In this document: one piece after another, positions 18,681 through 27,852 of the stretch
How positions within the stretch are numbered: the first letter of the stretch is position 1
Layout of the letters: every line of letters begins with the position of its first letter
Virus record (IMG/VR): IMGVR_UViG_3300027509_000012
Reading direction: 5' to 3' (one strand)
DNA from: a virus
DNA length: 64,000 bases
Program-made: the position numbers and the translations under genes
Notes under the pieces: model-generated
What the model saw: the letters and a program-made list of their open reading frames with translations, nothing else
Databases searched by the model: none
What the model was told of the DNA's origin: nothing

Positions 18681-19907
18681 ATGTCTAATTTTGAAGTTAA
18701 AGTTGTACAAGTAACAATTGAAGAACATCCAAACGCTGATGCAATAGAGCTGGCAAACATTGCTGGCTTTCAATCTATTGTTAAAAAAGGTCAATGGAAA
18801 ACTGGTGATTGGGGTGCTTATATTCCTGAAGGTGCATTGCTTCCAGAGTGGCTTTTGAAACAAGAAGGTTTTTGGAAAGAAGAAAGTGGTAAGGGAATGC
18901 TCGCTGGTAGTCGTGGTGATCGCGTAAAGCCAGTAAAACTTCGTGGTGTACTGTCTGAGGGAATATTAATTAAACCACATCTAAAAGTTATGCCTGATTT
19001 TAAAGATCAAACGCTTTTCATATTTGGTCGTGAAAAAGAAGCCTATCTAGCCGACAAAGAAAAATTCAAGGCTGCGATATCAGATGAATATGATTTTGAA
19101 TGCCGAATGGATCATGTAGAAGATACCGTAACAGTTGAAGCTGGTGATGATGTTGCTGAATTTTTCGGCATCACTAAATGGGAACCACCTATCCCAATTC
19201 ACATGCAGGGTGCTCGTGAAAATGCTGATGGATGGACTATTAAATTTGATATAGAAAACTTTAAAAAATTTCCTGATGTATTGGGTATGGGTGAGCAAGT
19301 TGTAATCACCGAAAAACTACATGGTACATTTGCACAGTTTGGTTATGTACCAGATCTTGATCGTAAGATTGTTGCATCGAAAGGTCTTGCTGCTGCTGGC
19401 ACAATGCTAAAATCAAACGACGAAAACAAAGACAATCTTTACGTTAAGACTGCGTATCAAGCAGATGATGGTGAAGAAAGTATAATGGATAAAATTCAGC
19501 GCATTTCAGAGCAGAAGAAGGAACCATTTTATATATTAGGTGAAATATTTGGTCGTGGCATTCAAGATTTGATTTATGGTCAAGATAAGCCAGTGTTTCG
19601 AGCCTTTGATATGTACATCGGTCAGCCTCAACGTGGTCGTTACTTGAACTACAAAGAAATGCTTGAGATTTGTAAAGAATATGATATTCCACATGTGCCG
19701 ATTCTTTATACTGGTTCGTTTAACCACGAAGTGTTGGATGAATACACCAATGGTAAAGAAACTTTGTCTGGTAAGGAAAATAATATCCGTGAAGGAATTG
19801 TTATCAAGCCGTTTGAAGAACGTCCTGATGTAATGATCGGTAGAGTTATTCTTAAAAGTGTCAGTGAGAAATATCTGACCCGAAAGAATGGTACTGAATT
19901 AAATTAA
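18681..19907 (+). CDS. RNA ligase (DRB0094/Rnl5-type)
   Basis: EHPNADAIE N-domain; TEKLHGT, GEIFG, FRAFD, REGIV motifs. Confidence 0.92.
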   Translation: MSNFEVKVVQVTIEEHPNADAIELANIAGFQSIVKKGQWKTGDWGAYIPEGALLPEWLLKQEGFWKEESGKGMLAGSRGDRVKPVKLRGVLSEGILIKPHLKVMPDFKDQTLFIFGREKEAYLADKEKFKAAISDEYDFECRMDHVEDTVTVEAGDDVAEFFGITKWEPPIPIHMQGARENADGWTIKFDIENFKKFPDVLGMGEQVVITEKLHGTFAQFGYVPDLDRKIVASKGLAAAGTMLKSNDENKDNLYVKTAYQADDGEESIMDKIQRISEQKKEPFYILGEIFGRGIQDLIYGQDKPVFRAFDMYIGQPQRGRYLNYKEMLEICKEYDIPHVPILYTGSFNHEVLDEYTNGKETLSGKENNIREGIVIKPFEERPDVMIGRVILKSVSEKYLTRKNGTELN

Positions 19908-19937
19908 TATGATCGATAACACTCTCGAACCGGAGCC

Positions 19938-19964
19938 ATAAATACCTCACTAATAAAGTGAGGT
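19938..19964 (+). promoter_or_regulatory. Late promoter plus SD-sequestering hairpin for the HNH gene
   Basis: ATAAATA overlapping ACCTCACT/AGTGAGGT. Confidence 0.7.
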
Positions 19965-19971
19965 TGGTTCA

Positions 19972-20580
19972 ATGTCAAAAAGTGATCGAATAAGAGAAAT
20001 GTTAATTGAAGGCATAAAACACAAAGAAATAAGCAATGAAGTAGGTGTAGCAAAATCAACAATATCTTATCATGCAAAGCAGTTAGGATTATCCAAGCAT
20101 ATGCCTACATATGATTTAATTAAAATGCAGGCACATTATGATGCTGGTAATACTATTAGAGAAACTATAAAACATTTTGGTTTAAATCGAAGTACATGGA
20201 ACAAATATGTAAGACTCAATAGAATTAAATTGGATAATACACCAGAGCGCGAAGCTTTATTAAAAGAATCTAGAAAAGTTGATAGTAGAAGCCATACAAT
20301 ACCTATTGACGAAATGTTTATCCGTAAATCTAATTCAAACACAACAACTATCAGAAACCGCATCAAAAGAGACAGTTTGATGATTTATTCATGTGATATG
20401 AAAAATTGTCCTTTGTATGGAATAATTAATCCCAAATGGTGCGGAAATGATTTAATTCTTCATTTGGATCATATCAATGGTGTATCGAATGATCATAGAC
20501 TTAAAAATTTAAGATGGTTATGTGCTAACTGTCACACACAAACCAGTACATATTGTGGTCGAAATATAAAAAACTATTGA
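19972..20580 (+). CDS. HNH homing endonuclease with N-terminal HTH
   Basis: LHLDHINGVSNDHRLKNLRWLCANCH. Confidence 0.92.
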   Translation: MSKSDRIREMLIEGIKHKEISNEVGVAKSTISYHAKQLGLSKHMPTYDLIKMQAHYDAGNTIRETIKHFGLNRSTWNKYVRLNRIKLDNTPEREALLKESRKVDSRSHTIPIDEMFIRKSNSNTTTIRNRIKRDSLMIYSCDMKNCPLYGIINPKWCGNDLILHLDHINGVSNDHRLKNLRWLCANCHTQTSTYCGRNIKNY

Positions 20581-20615
20581 CAAATTAATTACGACATAGT
20601 AAATTATTAATTAAT

Positions 20616-20707
20616 GGCTCCATAGCTCAGTTGGTAGAGCAAGGGATTCTAACCCCCTGATAGTAACTTATGTTGCAGCGTCGGTTCAAATCCGACTGGA
20701 GCCTCCA
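20616..20707 (+). tRNA. Amber suppressor tRNA (anticodon CUA) with long variable arm
   Basis: GGCTCCA/TGGAGCC-T-CCA acceptor; TAGCTCAGTTGGTAGAGC D-arm; loop TT-CTA-AC; GTCGG-TTCAAAT-CCGAC T-arm; TTGACA promoter at 20577. Confidence 0.85.
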
Positions 20708-20776
20708 TTTTATTTTGTAACAAGGAAGCTTTTATGAGTATTTTACTAAATACTAAAACAACAAAGGAAAATAACA

Positions 20777-20890
20777 ATGCATTAGATCAATTATTCAAGA
20801 GGGCCGCCCTCGACTCTATTTTTAAGCCTTGACAAAGGTAGTATGAAAAACTTTAAACCTAAATTTAATTATAGAGAGAAAACAACATGA
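20777..20890 (+). promoter_or_regulatory. Putative amber-readthrough leader peptide MH*INYSRGPP...
   Basis: AAGGA SD, ATG CAT TAG, then open frame to TGA overlapping ATG 20887. Confidence 0.5.
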
Positions 20891-21498
20891 ATAAAGTAAC
20901 AAAACCTCAACTGCCAATTAGTGGCACAGCGTTTATTAAAACAAAATCCGACTATTTACTGTTTATTGCCAATTGGAAACGAGTGGTAAAGCGTGATAGT
21001 GAAAGAGATTATGGTTCAACATTTGCATCATTAATGATTTTTCGAAATCTTGCTATTGGCAGTGATACATTCAAAGGATTTACTCCATCCCAAAAAATCA
21101 ACGTATTAAAAAACGGAAGAACATTTCTTTCTGGTTGGCTTGATGCGTATGATCTACTATGTAGTTCAATTAATCGAGTAAAGCAGGATTCCGATAGAAA
21201 ATCCAATCTCATTGATGATCTTAAAGAATTAATGGACGGTATTTCGGATGAAAGTATGAATGATTTCAATAACATTTATGCTGAACTCGTTCAACCAGTT
21301 AAATATAGTCACCTGAACTCGCGTAGCTATACTAGATGGATTCACGACCATTTAGTGACCGATATTGCATCTGGTGAGCATAAGCGCGTACAGACGATTA
21401 CAGAGATTCTAAACCACTACGATGGAAAACGAGAAACAGTTGAACCTGCAATGGAAGTAGCTGAAGTCGAAATTGACAGGCAAGCTGAAGTCGCGTAA
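20887..21498 (+). CDS. Hypothetical phage protein
   Basis: ORF track; KGFTP...KNG motif. Confidence 0.8.
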   Translation: MNKVTKPQLPISGTAFIKTKSDYLLFIANWKRVVKRDSERDYGSTFASLMIFRNLAIGSDTFKGFTPSQKINVLKNGRTFLSGWLDAYDLLCSSINRVKQDSDRKSNLIDDLKELMDGISDESMNDFNNIYAELVQPVKYSHLNSRSYTRWIHDHLVTDIASGEHKRVQTITEILNHYDGKRETVEPAMEVAEVEIDRQAEVA

Positions 21499-21576
21499 TA
21501 TAAATATTATCTATTAATATTTTTAACAAAATGGATTCTAAAATTAGAATCCATTTTTAATTGAGGATCATGAGTT

Positions 21577-21774
21577 ATGGATATGAGAGGCAAAATAGAA
21601 GTTTATAAAGCAGATGATGGATGGCGATGGAGATTACTAGCTACTAATGGTGAACCACTATCACACGGTGGAGAAGCATTCTCAAGTAAACAAGCCTGTA
21701 AGAAAAGTATTTCTGTTATTGCTGAATGTTTTCAGGGTTATAGTGAAGATGAAATGTTAATCGAATCCGATTAA
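21577..21774 (+). CDS. YegP/DUF1508-like protein
   Basis: YKADDGWRWRLLATNGE...EAFSSKQAC. Confidence 0.8.
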   Translation: MDMRGKIEVYKADDGWRWRLLATNGEPLSHGGEAFSSKQACKKSISVIAECFQGYSEDEMLIESD

Positions 21775-21776
21775 TC

Positions 21777-22025
21777 ATGCCAACCTTAGTAGAACTATTA
21801 TCTAGTATAGATGTTCTAACATTAATTGCAATTAACAGCATATCGTTTATTATAACAGTGACGTTTACGCTTTTAGTTGTATTTTTGGGAATGTCTTCAG
21901 ATCGCTTCAATTTTAAAAAGCGGCTTATTCAAATGGCGTTGATGCTTATCAGTATCAACGCTATTATTTCTGTAGTTTCCTTTTTTATAGTGGGCGTGGT
22001 TATATACTCAAACACATTAATTTAA
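21777..22025 (+). CDS. Two-TM membrane protein
   Basis: Hydrophobic segments. Confidence 0.6.
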   Translation: MPTLVELLSSIDVLTLIAINSISFIITVTFTLLVVFLGMSSDRFNFKKRLIQMALMLISINAIISVVSFFIVGVVIYSNTLI

Positions 22026-22077
22026 TTTGTGCTTAAACACACACAATCTACGAATTAACTCCTGTATCATCTGATTC

Positions 22078-23238
22078 ATGATAAACACAAAAAATATAAA
22101 AACATTTCTAGTCGGTGGTGCTGTAAGGGACCAAATTATCGGTGTGCCTGTGAAGGACCGAGATTGGGTTGTTGTCGGTGCAACTGTACAAGATATGATT
22201 GATGCTGGCTTCTCACAAGTTGGCAAAGACTTTCCAGTATTTCTCCACCCTGAAACTGGCGAAGAACATGCGCTTGCCAGAAAAGAACGTACAACTGGTG
22301 GTGCTCATGATGAATTTGAATTTAATGTTGATCCATCGGTTACACTGGAGGAAGACCTCGTGCGCAGGGATTGTACTATGAACGCTATTGCAATGGATGA
22401 TACTGGTAACTTCATAGATCCGTTTGGTGGTGTTGCTGATATTAAAAACAAAATCATACGTCATACATCAGATGCTTTCAAAGAAGATCCTGTTCGTATA
22501 TTGCGAGTTGCTAGATTCTTTGCAAGATTCGGTCACTTGGGATTTAAGATCGCACCAGAAACAATAGAACTAATGACTGATATGGTCAGTAATGGTGATG
22601 TGGAACATTTAGTTCCAGAACGTGTGTGGCAAGAAATGGAAGGTGCATTAGGTGAAAGAAGCCCAATGCTTTTCGTGCTTACAATGGCACTGGTCAAAGC
22701 ATGGGCTGATGTATGTCCAGAGCTTGAAGAAGTTGCTGATAATTTCTTTTTCAGTGGTATTGATTTTAATTCACTGTGTTCACACGATATGGAAAAGCCT
22801 GTTCGTATGGCAGTATTGTGCAAAGATCTAACACTAGATGAAGTCAATGGACTAGTAATGAGATTGAAGCTACCAAATGAGTTTTCTGAGCTTCTTCTCT
22901 CATGCGTGTGTGTTACGCCAAAAATAAAACATTCTACTGGTTGCAATGATTCAACTGTAATATTGAATACTATTAAGTTGATGGATTTTAGAAGAAATCC
23001 TGAAAAGGTTGAAACTCTATTACGTGTTGGTGAATTAACAGGTCAATTGTTCGGTCAAGGAAATTTTATCAGACTCATTGTTCAGCGGTTGTTGGACATT
23101 GATGAAGGTGGTGTTGCTAAGGCTACATCTGATCCTAAGAATATTCCAGATGCAATTAATTCAGCACGATTAAAAGCTATTGATGAACTGATGCAAGAAT
23201 TAAAGATTGATAGTAATCAGCAAATAATAGCAAATTAA
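22078..23238 (+). CDS. cca: tRNA CCA-adding nucleotidyltransferase
   Basis: VGGAVRD, DRDWVVVG, DLVRRDCTMNAIA, EDPVRILR. Confidence 0.95.
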   Translation: MINTKNIKTFLVGGAVRDQIIGVPVKDRDWVVVGATVQDMIDAGFSQVGKDFPVFLHPETGEEHALARKERTTGGAHDEFEFNVDPSVTLEEDLVRRDCTMNAIAMDDTGNFIDPFGGVADIKNKIIRHTSDAFKEDPVRILRVARFFARFGHLGFKIAPETIELMTDMVSNGDVEHLVPERVWQEMEGALGERSPMLFVLTMALVKAWADVCPELEEVADNFFFSGIDFNSLCSHDMEKPVRMAVLCKDLTLDEVNGLVMRLKLPNEFSELLLSCVCVTPKIKHSTGCNDSTVILNTIKLMDFRRNPEKVETLLRVGELTGQLFGQGNFIRLIVQRLLDIDEGGVAKATSDPKNIPDAINSARLKAIDELMQELKIDSNQQIIAN

Positions 23239-23255
23239 TAACTATAAAAATTAAA

Positions 23256-23314
23256 TTGATACTAAAGGTAAAAAATGATATCCTCATCGCATAATTTAAA
23301 AATGAGGATATCAT
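23256..23314 (+). promoter_or_regulatory. Sigma70 promoter overlapping a 13-bp SD-sequestering hairpin
   Basis: TTGATA-17-TATCCT; ATGATATCCTCAT/ATGAGGATATCAT. Confidence 0.65.
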
Positions 23315-23317
23315 CAC

Positions 23318-23884
23318 ATGAATTACAACGAATTCGTCCCATCGGCGATACGAACAGAATCAATCATTAGCGAAGTAGTAATAGATAAATCAATGTATCA
23401 AGCATTGATAACAGCCAGCCTAAGACTTGCCGACAATCTTGACTTAATTAAAAAGAATGTTTTCTATGGTAAGCCAATTGATTCAGATCGATTCAATAAT
23501 AACATCACCGAAGTATCCTATCAAATTCAATCTTCATTGCAACCTGAAACTATATTAGAAAACACTGCGACTGTTCCAGTACCAGTGACAGTAAATCCAC
23601 GAGTATTTCATGGTGTAATTGGTATCATCACAGAAGCTCTAGAATTAGCAGAGTTGATTGATTTGGATGAAGAATATCCTGATAAAAAGCAAATTGGTTT
23701 AGAGTTAGGTGATTTACAATGGTATTCTGCTATTCTATGTGATTCAATGTCATTGGATATGGAGGAAGATGTATTGGTGGCAGTTATAACTAAATTAAAA
23801 ACTAGATTTCCTGACAAATTTGAATCTGCATTAGCTATTACACGAAATAAATTAGAAGAAGATTCGTCAGTGCATAATATCTAA
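23318..23884 (+). CDS. MazG-like NTP pyrophosphohydrolase
   Basis: HGVIGIITEALE...ELGDLQWY...KLKTRFPDKF. Confidence 0.85.
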   Translation: MNYNEFVPSAIRTESIISEVVIDKSMYQALITASLRLADNLDLIKKNVFYGKPIDSDRFNNNITEVSYQIQSSLQPETILENTATVPVPVTVNPRVFHGVIGIITEALELAELIDLDEEYPDKKQIGLELGDLQWYSAILCDSMSLDMEEDVLVAVITKLKTRFPDKFESALAITRNKLEEDSSVHNI

Positions 23885-23885
23885 A

Positions 23886-24986
23886 ATGGTAAAATCTCGT
23901 GCTGAAATGAAAAATTTAAAGAAATTGCATCTCGCAAATGCAATTTCTTGGCATGATGGTTTAGATTTAAATACTATAAATAATTGGGTTATTATGCCGA
24001 ATAAAAGAATTGAGAAATCATCAGATATATTCATACACAATGCAAATATTTTACACGAAAATAAATATTCATATGACGAAGTACAATATATAAACAACAA
24101 CACGGGTGTAAATATTAATTGTTCTGATCATGGTTTATTTAAACAATTACCAAGCAATCATACAAGTGGTAGAGGGTGTCCAAAATGTAAATATGAAAAT
24201 TTTGATTATGGTGCAATAAAACAAAATTTCATAAAAAAAGCAAAGCTGATACATGGTGAAAAATATAATTATGAAAATATAATTAAATTAGTTTGGCGCG
24301 ATCAAATTCCAATATTATGTCCAATACACGGAGAATTTTTGCAATTACCAAATAATCATCTAGCGGGAAAGGGTTGTGGTAAATGTGGTAGAATTCAAGG
24401 TGATTTACAAAGAAAATACACTAAAAAACAATTTATAGAAAAGGCCGTAAATGTTCACGGAAATTTATATGATTATTCTAATATAAATTATAGTGGTATA
24501 AAGAATAATATTACAATTTTATGTAAAAAACACGGAAAATTTAATCAAACTCCCGATAATCATTTATCGGGAAAGGGATGTAAAAAATGTTCTACGTTTA
24601 AAACACAATTAGATGTATAAAGAATTGTTCGTATACTCTATCCAACCTACACAATAAAATCTAATATATATCTGAATGAACTAAAATATAAAGAAAATGG
24701 TATAATTAAAAAATTAGAACTAGATATATATTTACCAAAAATAAAACTCGGAATAGAATTTGATGGAGTTTGGCATTTTAAACCACATTGGGATGATTTG
24801 ACTGGTGTTGGGTTGTTCGAGCAGCAAGCTAGAGATAAAATGAAAAATATTCAATGTGAGAAAGCTAATATTAAGCTTATTAGAATCAAATATACAGAAT
24901 ACAATCTAAAAATGTCAGATGAAGAAAAAATTAAAATAGTTAAAAAAGCCATAACTGGATACCCCTATATTTGTAGAGTATTATAA
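23886..24986 (+). pseudogene. Zn-finger-repeat homing endonuclease interrupted by an in-frame TAA (24618-24620)
   Basis: Three CxxHG...GCxKC repeats; the same frame continues into ELDIYLPKIKLGIEFDGVWH nuclease domain. Confidence 0.8.
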
Positions 24987-25060
24987 CTAATATGGGGTTT
25001 TATCTAAGTTTGTCCTAAATATTATTATCTAAGATTTATTGTAAACCGAGGATCAATAAT

Positions 25061-25825
25061 ATGTCGAAAAAGGCCCGTTCTAATCACCACTCACGCCGCC
25101 ATCACGAAGATAATAATATCATCGCAATCCATAACGACCAACAAGCCAGATTAGCTGGACCCAAAAAGAAAAGTTGGTCAATTCACGATTTAAAATCCAT
25201 ACGTCCATTAACAGATACACAATCAGATATGTTTCAATCTTGGTTTCAAGGTGATAACATTTGTGCTGCTGGTTCTGCGGGTGTGGGGAAATCGTTCCTA
25301 GCTTTCTATCTATCTCTTAACGAAATGTTGAGTCGTGGTGAACACGATAAAATAATTGTTGTTAGATCTGTAGTAGCTGGTCGAGAAATGGGACACTTAC
25401 CCGGCAGTAAGGAAGAAAAAGAAGAAGTTTTTGAATTGCCATACCATGATATCTGTCATGAATTACTTGGAAGAAAATCTACTTATAATGATATGAAAGA
25501 AGCTGGTAAAATTAAGTTTGTTTCAACATCACACATACGTGGATTAACTTGGGACAATGCATTAGTAATTGTAGATGAAAGTCAAAACATGAATTTTGAT
25601 GAACTAGATTCAGTCATGACACGAATTGGTGAAAACACCAGAGTAATTATCTGTGGTGATCATAAACGTCAATGTGATTTAAAACGTCATGAAGTATCTG
25701 GTCTTGACAGATTAATTGATGCTTTTGATTATATGGATAATTTCTCTAACATTAAATTTACTGCTGATGATGTTGTTAGATCTAAATTAGTTAAACAATG
25801 GTTGAAAGCAACTGATCAAGTATAA
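25061..25825 (+). CDS. phoH: PhoH-like ATPase
   Basis: GSAGVGKS, IRGLTW, IVDESQN, LTRIGE-like, GDHKRQCD. Confidence 0.93.
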   Translation: MSKKARSNHHSRRHHEDNNIIAIHNDQQARLAGPKKKSWSIHDLKSIRPLTDTQSDMFQSWFQGDNICAAGSAGVGKSFLAFYLSLNEMLSRGEHDKIIVVRSVVAGREMGHLPGSKEEKEEVFELPYHDICHELLGRKSTYNDMKEAGKIKFVSTSHIRGLTWDNALVIVDESQNMNFDELDSVMTRIGENTRVIICGDHKRQCDLKRHEVSGLDRLIDAFDYMDNFSNIKFTADDVVRSKLVKQWLKATDQV

Positions 25826-25832
25826 TTAAAGT

Positions 25833-25890
25833 TTGACTTAATTCACATTCTAAATTATCATATCTCCTGAAATCAATTGGGAGATATGAT
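25833..25890 (+). promoter_or_regulatory. Sigma70 promoter overlapping an 11-bp SD-sequestering hairpin
   Basis: TTGACT-17-TATCAT; ATCATATCTCC/GGAGATATGAT. Confidence 0.65.
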
Positions 25891-25892
25891 TA

Positions 25893-26108
25893 GTGTCTGA
25901 AGAAAAAACTTATCTGTTTAAAAACGAATCTGGTGAGCATATCGAAGTTGTTCTAACTGGACGAACAGCAAAAGATAAATTAAAAGCTGTTGGTACTGCT
26001 CAAGAACGAACTATTAATCTTGTACAAATAACTCCTGTTGAAATCGACGATGGACGATGGAAAAAATTCGTCCGTAAAGAATTATTAATCGAAGTAGACG
26101 TTGAATAA
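25893..26108 (+). CDS. Hypothetical protein
   Basis: GTG start after GGAG. Confidence 0.7.
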   Translation: MSEEKTYLFKNESGEHIEVVLTGRTAKDKLKAVGTAQERTINLVQITPVEIDDGRWKKFVRKELLIEVDVE

Positions 26109-26121
26109 TAGGAATACCAAT

Positions 26122-26949
26122 ATGAGTGGAATAGAAGTAAAATTAATAGAACACAGCCAATCCGAAGCTGGTAAGGATTTAATTACCTTTCAACTTCGCT
26201 ACCATCGATACATTTTAAGTGAAGTTAATACACATAGAATGATAAGTCGAAATTCAAGCTCAAGCCGAGCCATACCAATCGCTAAAACTATAGAACAAGT
26301 TAAAACTAATCCTGCCATGCCGATACATTGGGGCAAGAACATGCCCGGTATGCAGGCAACAGAACAGCTCGAAGGCGAAGAACTGGAAGCTGCAAAGGCT
26401 TTGTGGTTAGAAGCTGCTGAATCAGTTGCTAATATTGCTGAGAAATTGGATGAATTAAATATTCATAAGCAAGTTGGCAATCGTATCATGGAACCATTCA
26501 CTTATATTTCCACCATTGTTACTGGTACTGAATGGGATAATTTCTATGAGCTACGTGCTCATCCAGACGCTCAACCAGAATTTCATGAGTTAGCGATTAA
26601 GATGAGAGACTTAGTTGAGGAATCTAACCCAAAAATCTTAACAGAAGAAGAATGGCATCTTCCTTATATTTCTGATGAAGAACGAAAAACATATCCAACA
26701 CTCAAATTAATTAAGATGAGTGCTGCCAGATGTGCACGAGTTTCTTATTTAACACATGATGGTAAAACACCTAACGTGGAAAATGATCTTAAACTATATG
26801 ATCGATTGGTTGGATCTGTGCCATTACATGCATCACCGATTGAACATCAGGCAAAACCATTTACTTTTGCTGAAATGGAATCTCGTAACTTTCGTGGTTG
26901 GCATCAGTATAGAGCAATGATGGAGGATAATGAACTACCGTGGAAATAG
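26122..26949 (+). CDS. thyX: FAD-dependent thymidylate synthase
   Basis: THRMISRNSSSSRAIP, HKQVGNR, AHPDAQPE, HASPIEH. Confidence 0.92.
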   Translation: MSGIEVKLIEHSQSEAGKDLITFQLRYHRYILSEVNTHRMISRNSSSSRAIPIAKTIEQVKTNPAMPIHWGKNMPGMQATEQLEGEELEAAKALWLEAAESVANIAEKLDELNIHKQVGNRIMEPFTYISTIVTGTEWDNFYELRAHPDAQPEFHELAIKMRDLVEESNPKILTEEEWHLPYISDEERKTYPTLKLIKMSAARCARVSYLTHDGKTPNVENDLKLYDRLVGSVPLHASPIEHQAKPFTFAEMESRNFRGWHQYRAMMEDNELPWK

Positions 26950-27455
26950 ATAAACAATTATCGATAATGTTATCAGTTGATGAAAATGGTGGATTTTCAA
27001 AAAATGGAAAGATACCGTGGTACTCAGAAAATTATATGGAGTTCTTAGATACATTAACTGATAAAGAAAATACTGCGTGTGTTATGGGGAGAAATACGTA
27101 TAACACATTCCTTGAAGAAGATTCAAAATACTTCGATATATTTTCTAATAAAGATATATTCGTGGTTTCATCTACTGAATCATTTAATCCAGCACACGGT
27201 ACTAAGGTGTCCAATCTTCATCAGGCTCAATTGTTAAATCAACATAACAGTAAAAAGGTTGTTGTACTAGGTGGTCGGCGATTATTTATCGAAGCATTAT
27301 CTCATAAGCCTTTGATTTTAATGGGAATAATGAAAAAACAATTTCATCAATGTGATAACAATTTTAATATTGAGGTATTAACACCAGACAAATATAAAAT
27401 TGCACATGGTGATGATTTGGATGATTGTAGGTTATTAATATACGAACCAGCATAA
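26940..27455 (+). CDS. Dihydrofolate reductase-like protein
   Basis: DENGGFSKNGKIPW, VMGRNTY, VLGG. Confidence 0.8.
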   Translation: MEIDKQLSIMLSVDENGGFSKNGKIPWYSENYMEFLDTLTDKENTACVMGRNTYNTFLEEDSKYFDIFSNKDIFVVSSTESFNPAHGTKVSNLHQAQLLNQHNSKKVVVLGGRRLFIEALSHKPLILMGIMKKQFHQCDNNFNIEVLTPDKYKIAHGDDLDDCRLLIYEPA

Positions 27456-27459
27456 ATAT

Positions 27460-27819
27460 ATGTTTTATGATGGAGAAATGCAAATGCATCCGAAGATGAA
27501 AGCTCGACGAGAGCGAATGGCGAAACTTGCTGGGAAAGAAGTAGAAGCTGTTGAAGAAGAAGAAGTTGAAGACGACGCTGTTGAAGAAGAAGTTGTTGAA
27601 GACGAAGCTGAAGACGAAGCTGAAGACGAAGCTGAAGACGAAGCTGAAGACGAAGCTGAAGACGAAGCTGAAGACGAAGCTGCTATCGAAGACATGACTG
27701 AAGAAATGAACGTGGAAGAATTGCGTGACCGCGCTGCTGAATTGGAAATTAAAGGCCGATCTGGAATGCGTAAAGCAGATTTAATTAAAGCTATTAACGA
27801 AGCCGAGGGAGATGCATAA
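27460..27819 (+). CDS. Acidic protein with C-terminal Rho-N-like domain
   Basis: EDEA repeats; ELRDRAAELEIKGRSGMRKADLI; start may be 27484. Confidence 0.75.
   Translation: MFYDGEMQMHPKMKARRERMAKLAGKEVEAVEEEEVEDDAVEEEVVEDEAEDEAEDEAEDEAEDEAEDEAEDEAAIEDMTEEMNVEELRDRAAELEIKGRSGMRKADLIKAINEAEGDA
27598..27681 (+). repeat. 12-bp tandem repeat x7
   Basis: (GAAGACGAAGCT)7. Confidence 0.95.
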
Positions 27820-27852
27820 CTACTAAGTAGATAAGCATTTTTCGAGGTTAGC

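Noticed and set aside
24618-24620. Target of the suppressor tRNA
   Set aside because: The stop is TAA, which a CUA anticodon does not decode
27598-27681. CRISPR-like array
   Set aside because: Head-to-tail 12-mers with no spacers, and in a coding frame
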